A stretch of 64,000 bases of DNA from Piedraia hortae CBS 480.64. Its lineage: Eukaryota. This document shows positions 1-10,070 of the stretch, piece by piece. The position numbers were made by a program, and so were the translations under genes. Every line of letters begins with the position of its first letter. Within the stretch, counting starts at the first letter, position 1. The notes under the pieces were generated by a model that saw only the letters and a program-made list of their open reading frames with translations, was not told the origin of the DNA and made no database searches. Location of the stretch: contig MU005960.1 of assembly GCA_010093745.1 (NCBI GenBank), positions 1 to 64,000 of the forward strand, in the 5' to 3' direction.

Positions 1-95
1 CATACAAATCTCTACGGAAAACTAGTTGACGCGTGAAGTCGAGAGCCGAGCGACGGTTACTAATAATGCGCGTAATATACCGCATATTCACAACA
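1..95 (+). mobile_element. 3' part of a short solo LTR (family C), cut by the window edge and nested in a family D LTR
   Basis: Aligns by eye to 31139-31233 and ends ...CACAACA. The sequence after it matches the distal part of LTR family D. Confidence 0.8.
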
Positions 96-194
96 TATAG
101 ACATCTACATTCACCTTTTCGGTTAAAGTTGAGTGCACACATATCTCGTCGATATCCGCTCCCCTTTAGTCCTCGAAGGTTCACCCCTCCGACA
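96..194 (+). mobile_element. 3' end of an LTR (family D)
   Basis: Similar to 32866-32961 (...GAGTGCACACAT...TTTAGTCCTCG-AGGTTCACCCCTC-GACA) and ends in CA. Confidence 0.8.
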
Positions 195-204
195 CCTGTA
201 CTAG

Positions 205-429
205 TGTTATGTGACCATCAGTGCCCTCACCAGAGATAATTGCGGACACGGGACTGGCAGCGTACGAAAGGTGTGAGGAAGATGTTACGGCGAGGCTGTG
301 TATGCCCGGGACGACCTGCGCCGCCTAAGCGCACAGGGAATTTGATACACCGACGCGCCCTGCTAGTTATTCATAGCTACGCTCGCTACCACGCACTAAT
401 TAACGGTGCTTCTGAATTGGTTCATAACA
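205..429. mobile_element. probable solo LTR (single copy in this window)
   Basis: Ends are a perfect 7-bp terminal inverted repeat, TGTTATG...CATAACA. It sits in an LTR cluster and contains the GCGCCCTGCTA motif seen in family A LTRs. The flanks (ACTAG/TCCTA) are not a clean TSD. Confidence 0.55.
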
Positions 430-837
430 TCCTAGCTTCCCAGTAGATAGGAGTCTGGATTGTCCTCGTTGTTGGGACTTATTGAACCTTTTCCTCTGAG
501 CACCGTAACAGAAGAGAGATATTGCGTTGCTTTGCCCGGCTGTTAAAATTTGGTGGTTTTTGTTTTGCTTCGCTGTGTTCGCAGTTAATAATTGGTTATT
601 GTTATAGTGTTGTTGTGGTGTTGCGGAATTTCCGAACTTTATACAAGTGTTTCTTGGCGATGTCAAAATTTTGACAGGACATCACATGATAGGGGCTTGA
701 TTGGGAAAGTTTATGTGACTGCTGTTTTGGACGTGAAGTGGGAGGATAATTGGACGGTGTGAATGTGGAGCTGGGTGAGGCCCTGGTTGGATGGAATAGT
801 GGTGTTTGGGAGGGATTGAAGGGGGAGAACAACTGCC

Positions 838-1210
838 TGTTGGCATGAAGTCTCGTTGCTATCAGTGTACGATGCCACTGCGTGACACCTCATACACCAA
901 CAGCTGCACCCTAGGTTTTGTCCTTACAGAGGTTTCCCTCAGGGTCATGTCGCATGCGACATGGTGAATGCGCCCTGCTACTGTTTGAGGTGAGTCAAGG
1001 AGTAAGACTGCATGCTGACAGTCTTACTGCATGTATAACCACTTGCTTACGGTCATACAATTGATGACTCTTCATACGAGGCTACGCACGGGCCTTTCAG
1101 CCCAGAATATATTCTCTGATGTTCCCTCGAAGATATACTTGTATTCACTCATAAACACATCTCTACTCCCCATCCATCGTTCTCACTCGTACATACTATC
1201 TGTATTTTCA
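838..1210 (+). mobile_element. solo LTR, family A1 (373 bp), TSD CTGCC
   Basis: TG...CA ends with exact CTGCC at 833-837 and 1211-1215. A second copy lies inverted at 21157-21524. Confidence 0.9.
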
Positions 1211-1228
1211 CTGCCCTGGCTTGGATCG

Positions 1229-1618
1229 TGTTGTTGAGAAGCATCGGTACCATACCTCGGCCTGATAGCAAATACTATACAAAGAAAAATCCTGTATAGC
1301 AAAATACCCAAGGAGCACAATAAAGAGGACAGCGGGGCAGTGGAGTAATATTTGAAACTGTTTAAAAGCTACTTGTATATAAGCTCGCTGCTGAACATCA
1401 ATGTTGTGCAAGTCGCCACGAAGCGATCCGCAGGTGATGACCAACATCCCTGACCAGGGTTCGAGTACTCAGAAATTTTCTTGTCTAGCTCTAGATATGC
1501 GTATATACTGACACACCTGTGAGGTGCCGCTGCTTATTAGAACAATCAAGAAACATAATCTTTTTGTAAAACCTCAATCTTCAGAACGATTACGCTACGC
1601 AACAACTATCTTCTAACA
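1229..1618 (+). mobile_element. solo LTR, family B, interrupted by a nested LTR
   Basis: TG...CA ends with flanks GATCG/GATCT (4/5 match). It is colinear with 28338-28581 once 1402-1549 is removed. Confidence 0.85.
1402..1544. mobile_element. 143-bp solo LTR nested in the family B LTR, TSD ATCAA
   Basis: TGTT...AACA ends with ATCAA at 1397-1401 and 1545-1549. It is absent from the 28.3-kb copy of the host LTR. Confidence 0.88.
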
Positions 1619-1960
1619 GATCTGATTGCGAGGGAAGTTGCGGTCTCCGCTGTGAACAAATTGGTATATTTTGAAGCTGAAAAGCTGAAAACACGATCAA
1701 TGTCGTGAATGATTCAATGGCTGATAGGAGAAGGACGACAGGCTTTGGGAATATCAGTCATTCATGACAGCTCGTGGAGATAGGTGGATTAGTAAGCGTC
1801 ATAACGGATCTCAGGGAACTGATTCCGGAGGAGATTACAAGATTACAAATTTTCAAAATGTTCGTGCGCTACAGCCTCCATCATCAACAACGCAGTCAGA
1901 GAATGAGTGGCGGAGGCGGGGCCGCAATGATGAGTGCTCTAGTATCCACCAACGCTGCTG

Positions 1961-2599
1961 GTGGCAGTAGCCATTCAATTGGATGCCGTAGTGAAGGCGA
2001 ATTTGCCTGAGTTTGCTGCTATTACGTTGCTAACCAACCTATCTACAGCTTCCATTCTTTTCCTGGGGTCGTTTCTACATGTAAAGCGAGTAAATCTAAT
2101 AGCACGGCAAGCACTTCCAGAAAATGGGCCTGCATCAGAGATCACCGCAGCCCTGTGCCTATTAGCGTACGTTATATCTGCAGATTCGTGTGATAAATAC
2201 TTGAGCACGGGAGGAAGCATCATTTGGGAGTCACTGGCGTTCCTGCAGCGTGTTTATGCAGCTATTTGGGCGTCGCTCATTGAGGCAGTACACATGGCTC
2301 TGGACACCAACGTTTCCCGACCTTTCGGGTTCCCACCCTTCTATGCAGCAAAAGCTTACATGGCATACTACACGTACGCGACAACCGTCATCAACAATGG
2401 CTCAACCCTCCACTCCACCCTTACCATCACCAACGGAACACCAACCCTCTGGCTCGGCACAGCCACCATCCGAACCGCCAACGCGACGCTTGGACAGCAC
2501 CCCCCGCCTCGGATACGAGCTGCCTTCAAACAACGCATCAATACAGCGAACCCCTCCATAATAGCCAACAAAGACGAAAGCACCATCACTCATAAGTGA
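1961..2599 (+). CDS. hypothetical protein or pseudogene fragment (212-codon open frame; start uncertain)
   Basis: Long open frame with protein-like composition, but no ATG near its start and no motif I recognise. Confidence 0.3.
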   Translation: MAVAIQLDAVVKANLPEFAAITLLTNLSTASILFLGSFLHVKRVNLIARQALPENGPASEITAALCLLAYVISADSCDKYLSTGGSIIWESLAFLQRVYAAIWASLIEAVHMALDTNVSRPFGFPPFYAAKAYMAYYTYATTVINNGSTLHSTLTITNGTPTLWLGTATIRTANATLGQHPPPRIRAAFKQRINTANPSIIANKDESTITHK

Positions 2600-3171
2600 C
2601 TGACACGAGTACCAAAGACTGAGGGGAAAGAAGTTTCTGATTTGGCTTGCTATTGTGCCATGATACTGATACTTGTGCTTGTCAATATCAAAGGTTTAAC
2701 ACGCGATTTCAGTAGCTACGCCACGATCGTACGTGCTACCATCTTTTGTTCCAAAACATCAGTGGAGCAACGCCAAATAGCCCATCGCTGAAGTAATTTT
2801 CCCAACCCAGCACGATAAAATGTGTGCAGATAGACAAAGACCACAGTGCATCATGAAGCGGAGGCCTAGCAATGCTGTCGGGGCTTAATAACCCGCTTCC
2901 AAATCCATCTACAATAGAAAAATCACACTCACGTCATACTTCCACCTATCTCATCAGAAGTAACTCAAACCCCCTGCCCGTGAGTAATCTAGCTCATCAA
3001 AAAAACCCCCACAGGACAACATTGAGTATGTTAATGTAGTAACAGAAAACGCTATCTGAGCTGAGATATTGAGTTGACATCTGTCCCTAACATCTCTACC
3101 CTACCGCAAACTTAACATCACCGCCCCCGCAAAAAGTCCGACCATTTCCAACGCGGCCAGCACCACTAAAA

Positions 3172-3448
3172 TCATCTTATACCACGAGATACACATTTTC
3201 TTGAGTGAACGCTTGGATTAGAGGGGGGGAGGGAGGGGGGGAGGGGGGCTTCTTCCATGTCTTGTTTCTGCTTCCATTGATATAGACATACACGTGCGCG
3301 GTCTTGGTAGGGTGTCCGAACTGCTCGGAGATTGTTAAGAAGTTTTTGCCCATGCGGCCGGAGTGGGTCGTGTAGTAACCGGTGGGGAGACGGTGCTGGT
3401 GGATGCCATTTCGAGGTCTTCTTCTCTTTGCTTTGGGGAGAGGGGCAT
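3172..3448 (-). pseudogene. degenerate member of a local small-gene family (MPLSPKQREEDLEMAS...)
   Basis: The N-terminus resembles the ORF starting at 4234 (REEDIEMGS) and the frame closes early (TAA at 3335). The upstream DNA (3575-3670) resembles 4365-4460. Confidence 0.4.
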
Positions 3449-3749
3449 GTTATTGAGGGCTGGTTTGATTGTAGGTTGGTTTGCACTGGAATGCAGTTGT
3501 GTGTGTTGGTTTTGGTGTAAGGGAAGTTTCGTGGAGGGGAGGGAGGGGGTTTGAAATATCGATTTGTGGCTGGTTGACATCTGTAATGGGGTGTGTATCA
3601 ATGGGAGAGATTTGCTTGAGTAAGTAGGGATGTGACATCGGAATTTGGGGGATGGCTAGACCAATGGGTGGTTTGAACTAGTCAGTGCAAGATGCGCCTC
3701 TTTGTCTAATCGGGACGGTGGCATTATTACAGGTTAAGCCAGATAACTT

Positions 3750-4234
3750 GATAGATTTCACACCAATACATGTATGCTTATGACGTCGCGCGTTAACACC
3801 CTTGAGTATTTCAAATGCAAGTATTTCAAATGCACAAGCCCACACGATGAGAGCCACAGCACTCAAGATAGGACAGCCGCCAGAATAAATACACATGCTG
3901 TCTCACATGCTGACATGCAACATCGCATGATCGCTCGTTTGGAGGGAAAGCTGTCAATGCGGTGGTTTGTGGTCTCGTTTCCGTTAGCGTCAGCATTGGT
4001 GTCGTTGTTGTTGGCGCGTTTACTGACGTTGGCGTTTGCGTTATTGTGGGCAGTATCGTATGGTGTAGCGTGGACTAGCTCCGTAGCAAGATGCTCTCCC
4101 TGGAGCGGCTAGGGCATCGTTGGAAAGACATCTCTCATGATGCTGTATGGCGTCGCGTAATATGGTGGGGGCAAGGTCGTGCTCTTTGAGCCCATTTCGA
4201 TGTCTTCTTCACGGCGTTTGGTAAAGTGATGCAT
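3750..4234 (-). pseudogene. degenerate small membrane-protein gene (MHHFTKRREEDIEMGSKSTTLPPPYYAT...)
   Basis: ATG at 4234 with an in-frame TAG at codon 42, after which the frame stays open for about 80 codons. A hydrophobic segment (ILSAVALIVWACAF) lies in a shifted frame. Confidence 0.4.
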
Positions 4235-5077
4235 GGTTGAGTGGTTGAGTGGATAGGAGATTGTTTTCGATGTCTTGGATTGGAATGGAAATCTTACGTG
4301 TTGATTTATGGGTGAAAAGATGCGAGAGGATGTGGCTCAGTGAAAATAGTGGATTCTAGTCGGTTGACACCTGTCATGGGATTCCAGGAACCAATGGAAG
4401 GCGATTAATCGAGGAGGAATGGGCATGTCATCCGAAAGTGGGAGAATGGACTGACCAATGAGTGCCCGGTCATTGGCTAATCACTTTGTCATTGCATTGA
4501 GAGGCATAGCCAAGCTAATTTTTTGCATTGGGCTCTTGTTAGGTGTAATATGTGGAGCAGTTGACTTTAAAATGACCTTGACCCTTTGATCTTTGATAAC
4601 TTAGTCAAAGTTTACTGCCTGAGACATTTCTGCCTTAGAATTTCATTTCCAACTTGATAAGAATGGTACGACGCCATTCATTTCGGCAGATCGCTTTGCT
4701 GTGGACATATCATTCTTGCTTCATGTTCATACGTAACCTTAGTCAATGAAGCCTTGTCGACTCTGAAACTCCTCATCATTCTCAAGCTGTGATCGTGGAG
4801 TGATGTGAAACCCTACAGTATGCAGCCTGCTGTGATCCTAGTTGGTAGCAAGCATATCGGGCATATCACTGTGCAATTTCAAAATCAATGCTCTTTCACG
4901 CCAACTCATACGACCCAGGATAAGAATCTGCAGAATCCTTTGCCAAACATAAACCTCACTCTAAGACGAAACCGATACTCGTTGGCAAAAGATAACCCCA
5001 ACAACAGTAGCATACAAGACGATCGATAATTACTGTATACCTATGCCATCCACCGTCCAGCCCTATCAACAGCCCTA

Positions 5078-5578
5078 TCAACGGGCAAAAATATGAATTC
5101 CCCAGATGATAAGATAAAACACCATGAAAATCACATATCCAGCGATCAAGGCCTTACAGAATAGGCTCACCACCTGGCGCAAGCTGATATTGCTTGTGCA
5201 GACTCGACTACGTCTCGCAGTGGCTGGCAGAGGAAGTTTTGGTTGGCTGGCGGAAAGCTTTTCAGGTTCAAGAGGTCTAAGCCTGATTGTGGGGCGATCA
5301 AGTGCAGCTGGCGCGCTAGAGACACTGGACTTACCCACTAGCTTGGGTTCGGTCAGATTACCATTGCAATGGATTGATTGGCAGATGTTGCGGTGGTGGG
5401 CAAGTGGGAAAGGTCTTGTGCTCCTTGACAAAGAGTTGAAGGACTCAAGTGGGTTGGAGGGCCGGGTATTGTTTGAGAATGGCTGCTCGGTTTGAGTATC
5501 GTGGTAGACATGTTCGGTTGCGTAGCTTGGGGGGCTAGAGTAGAGGCAGGGCGTTTCGGGCGTGTGCGGGCACGTCAT
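5078..5578 (-). CDS. hypothetical protein with an N-terminal PPSY motif and a C-terminal transmembrane helix
   Basis: ORF track shows ...SSPPSYAT... and ...ALIAGYVIFMVFYLIIWGIHIFAR*. Confidence 0.55.
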   Translation of the reverse strand: MTCPHTPETPCLYSSPPSYATEHVYHDTQTEQPFSNNTRPSNPLESFNSLSRSTRPFPLAHHRNICQSIHCNGNLTEPKLVGKSSVSSAPAALDRPTIRLRPLEPEKLSASQPKLPLPATARRSRVCTSNISLRQVVSLFCKALIAGYVIFMVFYLIIWGIHIFAR

Positions 5579-6349
5579 TGTCAATGTTAATGGAAGAGAA
5601 TGGGTTACGTTCTGGGGGGGTAGAGGGGGTTAAATGGTCCTCTAGCGGCAGGAACCCCTGGCGACCCACTGCCTTGGAGGTCATGTCAGGAAGGTTCATG
5701 AGCAATCGAGTGACAGAACGCCATAGAGATTGCTGGCGATAGAGACATGTTGGAGAGCTACTTCGACATATAGATGTGGCAATCGAATTTTATCGTCTGT
5801 GATGGATGCATCAGCCATAGAGTGGCCCGTTGCTCGGTTGCACGGTTCAATGAGTCCTGGATTGGCAAGGGGCATGTGACCCATCAACCCCTCATTAATG
5901 ACAGCATCTGAAGCACTTGATAGGTTCCAGACGTCAGTAGCCACTTCTGAGGCCCCATACGACAAACGTCACCTGAGGATCTGTGGAGCTTGAGGAAGGA
6001 ACTCATGCGAACGAGGACATTGATCAAAATGCATGTCCCAGAAACACATTACGCTCATGACTAAGTCGAAGGGTGCGCAGACGGCTTTAGCAGTTACATC
6101 AACCCATTGTACCCATGAAGAAGTCATCGCATATCCACGCAAATCAACCACTTTGCAGCCGATAGACGATGTGCCGCATGGAGGGGTAAGATGACGTATG
6201 CATGCGACCCCGCCTTTCAATAACCAATATCAATCAACCAACAGCGTCATCGTTCAGCACCAAGCCAAAATCATCAATGGCAACCCACTATCAGCCAAAT
6301 AATATTCATTTCACCATGAAGTGACCCACAGATAAATATTCCCCCAAAA

Positions 6350-9300
6350 ATGTCCACTCAAGAAGAACTTGAATACAACACTCGACACAACAACGCAGCC
6401 TACACTCCGCGTAACCCAATCCCTACGGTCAAAGGGTACCGGGAGGAGCAAAAAGCCCGTCATGAACATGCACTCACCACAGATTCTGCGTCGTCAAATG
6501 CCGATACCCTCCCACAATACGGCGAGGAGGCGTGGTGGCAAGACAACATATCCTCAGAATCCCACCAAACCTCACAGAACGCCCCTCTCGAAGGCAAAAC
6601 CGAGGGCGGAATGGAAGATACAACCGAGATCTCCACCATGACATCAAAGCATCACAAACTCTTCAAAAAGGACGACCGAAAAAACAGACGTCGCGTGACA
6701 GATCCAGTGACACACTTACCAGTCCACATCCGCGATTTCACGGATCAGGAGCTTAAGGATGCGTCCCGCCGCCCCGTAGATCAGTACGCTCGTCTGCCGT
6801 GGTGTGCTACCGGCTCGCAGAATAAGAAGAAGTCGGATGAGCAGTTGAGACGCGAGGCGGAGGAGATCGATGCTGAGGGAGAAATGATGGGTCATCTTTT
6901 CCCACCGCCGGAGTTTGACCAGCTCAAGAGGGATCTGGAAAGGGTGTGGAGGGTGGGTTTTAATGTCGGATTAGGTGGGTGTGTGCTTGTTGCTACGGGG
7001 GCTGGGTTGGCTATGTGGATCCCGCTTGTGGAATGGGTACCGGGTAGACTGCTGATTGTGGGCCTGGCGGCTGTGTCGATGGGATTGGTTGTTATGGGTG
7101 CGCAGAGCTGGACGAAGAAGCGTATTGACGGTGCATGGGAGGATGAGGTCTGGTTGGCAAAGGTTGCGAGTGAAAAAAGAGCTGCAAAGGCTCATAAAGC
7201 GGAGCCGGTGGTGTGGCTGAACTCCCTGCTGCATTCAATCTGGCCACTGGTCAACCCGGACCTGTTCGCTTCTCTCGCTGATACCCTCGAAGATGTCATG
7301 CAGGCGTCTTTGCCGAAGATGGTGAGGATGGTTTCCGTAGATGACATTGCGCAGGGAAACGAGAGTATACGCATCTTGGGCGTGAGATGGTTGCCGACCG
7401 GCGCTGCGACGAGGTCTGTCTCTTCAGATGGGAAACTGAAACCCGCAGACAAGAGAGAGGAAGATGATGATGGAAAAGTTCCCGGTCAGTTTGAGGTTGA
7501 CGGGTTTGCAAACGATGAGGGTGATAAAAACAAGCCACCCAGAGGTGATGGAACTCAAAAAGACATTGCAGAGGGCATGGAGGCCGAGGAAGGCGACTTC
7601 ATCAACCTTGAAATCAGCTTCGCGTTACGGGTAGCGAAGCGAACGGGCAGACAAGGCATGCACCTCTACCTTGCCTTTTATCTCCCTGGACGGGTGAAGA
7701 TTCCCGTATGGGTGCAGGTTCGTGGAGCGGTTGGGACGATGAGGATGCGACTGCAGCTGGCACCTGATCCGCCGTTCTTGGCTCTGGCGACCATCACGAT
7801 GATGGGTCAGCCAAGGATTGAGATTGGATGCACACCGCTGATCAAACACGGCCTAAATATCATGGATATGCCGCTGATTTCGAACTTTGTGCAGTCGTCA
7901 ATCGACGCCGCCGTGTCACAGTATGTTGCTCCAAAAAGCATGACGCTTGATCTCCATGATTTGCTGGCTGGTGATGACTTCAAAAAGGATACTAATGCTT
8001 ACGGTGTTCTGGTAGTCCATATCAATCGTGGTTTCGATTTCCGAATGGGCGATCCCAGCATTCCTCTCATCAAAAAAGGTGGAGCGGATCCGTACGTGTC
8101 TGTTGGCTGGGCCAAGTTTGGGAAAGCGATGTGGAGTACGAGGATCATGAAGAACGAAATGGATCCTCGATGGGTCGAGACAACCTATCTGCTAGTCACG
8201 TCCAAGGAGCTGGATGTTGGCGAACGTCTGAGAATACAGCTCTGGGACGCCGACAGGTTCACTGCAGACGATGACCTTGGCAGAATTGAGCTCGACCTCG
8301 AGCACATCATGAAGGGAAAAGAGACAAGGGGGAGAATCCAGAGACGAACAGACGGTTTCAGAGCACTGAAGGCTGAGGAGGAGATGCCGGGCAAGCTTGA
8401 GTGGGGTGTGGGATACTTCGGTAAAGTGCACATCACAGACGATCAGCTGGCAAAGCAGACATTTGATCCGGATATTAGGACTTGGCAGCAGCTTAAGGGT
8501 AAAGTTGAGCAACAGACTGAGCGGAAGCTAAGGGAAGCCATGATCAAAGAGCAACCGAGAAGCCAAGACGAGTTTGATCAGCAAAAGGAGCAGGAGATGA
8601 AGAAGATGGAAGATGCAATGATCATATCTGCTCCGCCGCCCGATGGATTCTCCAGTGGAATACTCAGCATTCAGATTCATCAAATCACCGGGCTGGAGCT
8701 GCAGACGCTTCACGAGCGGGACAATCAAGAGGACAACGGAGATGACCATACGCACAACCACCCACCTTCATCGTATTGTACCGTCATCATCAACCACCAT
8801 AAGACGTTCAGGACGAGAACAAAGCCGAGGAATGCCAGTCCGTACTTCAATGCGGGGGTGGAGCGGTACATCGGCGACTGGCAGAACGCAGAGGTTTACG
8901 TTTCAGTGCGAGACTCACGGGTCCAAGAGGATAGTCCCCTGCTTGGTATAGTGCACTTGCCCCTGCGCGATGTGTTCAAGACGCGATCGCACGTGAATAA
9001 GTTTTATCCTATCGTTGGCGGCGTTGGACACGGCCGCGTGCGGATATCAATGGTCTGGCGAAGTATTCAGCTCAGGGCGCCCCCTAATGAGCTGGGCTGG
9101 GACTATGGTACTCTTGAAGTCATGTCTGACATATCAGCAACAAGAGTGCCAGATGAGCTGAAGGGGACCAAGATGCGACTTTGCGCTGACATTGGAAAGG
9201 GCAAGATGTACTTTCATGACAATGTGTGGACGAGCAAGAGAAACAGCGTCAAGTTACCAGTCAAGAAGCGATATGCGAGCTGTTTGGCGGTGCAGTTCAG

Positions 9301-9937
9301 AAAGCACGGCACAATCCACGAAAAGACTGAGGCGTTTGCCGTATTGTGGCTGAGGGCCTTGACTGACGAAGAGAAGGAAGAGTTCGAGCTGATTATCTGG
9401 AAAGGCGACTTTGATCGCGCTGTTGTTTGCTGCCAGGAGGAATATGGAAAGAGGATCGGTTCCATCCGGCTGAAACTCAAATTCTGGGCTGGCCTGGGCT
9501 CGGCACATAGTAGATGGGTGAGCAAACAGGATGATATTAGAGACATCATCGAGGTCCTCAGCTGTGCGAGGGACAATATGGAAGAATACCAGACTGCCAA
9601 AGATGTTGGCATCGTTGATGAGGAGGCCTCAGACAGTAGCGACGAAGACAGTTCTGACCATGAGAAAATAAATGTCGACGGTGGAGGTGAGAGCAAGCAA
9701 AATATACTGCAAGCTGCTCAGGATTACAAGAGGCACATGAAGAGCGAGCACAGGCGGCACAGGGGAGTGATGCAGTGGAAGGTGAGCAAATTGGAAAGAC
9801 AATTCGAGTAATGCTAACTGGAGCAGCTGCCTCGACAGGCACAATATGCAGTGCACAAAGTTGAGCAGGCCGGACACAAGGCCAGCGAGGTGTTTAGGCT
9901 GCAGACGCGAGGTGGGGAAGTCGAGACGGAGGTGTGA
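6350..9937 (+). CDS. SMP + multiple C2 domain membrane protein (Mug190/tricalbin-like); exons 6350-9781 and 9827-9937
   Basis: Two TM segments, an SMP-type start (EPVVWLNSLLHSIWP) and C2 motifs (ADPYVSV, LWDADRFTADDDLG). The intron 9782-9826 reads GTGAGC..GCTAAC..CAG and the last exon ends ...VETEV*. Confidence 0.88.
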
Positions 9938-10070
9938 TGTCATTCAATTGTCACATGCCACGGAGGTGTCACGGGTTAATCACCAACGGCCGACGCGTGT
10001 CATTTGATCGGCGCGCAATGAAGGGCGGAGAATAAGTAGTTACTGGTCGGCTAGCGGAGTTTCCTAAGAC

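Noticed and set aside
1440..1475. tRNA or SINE suggested by GGTTCGAGT
   Set aside because: No A-box or cloverleaf; it lies inside a TG...CA element with a 5-bp TSD.
5696..6220. Two in-frame minus-strand ORFs separated by one TGA (readthrough or Sec)
   Set aside because: The joined peptide has no recognisable features and overlaps the presumed promoter of the 6350 gene.
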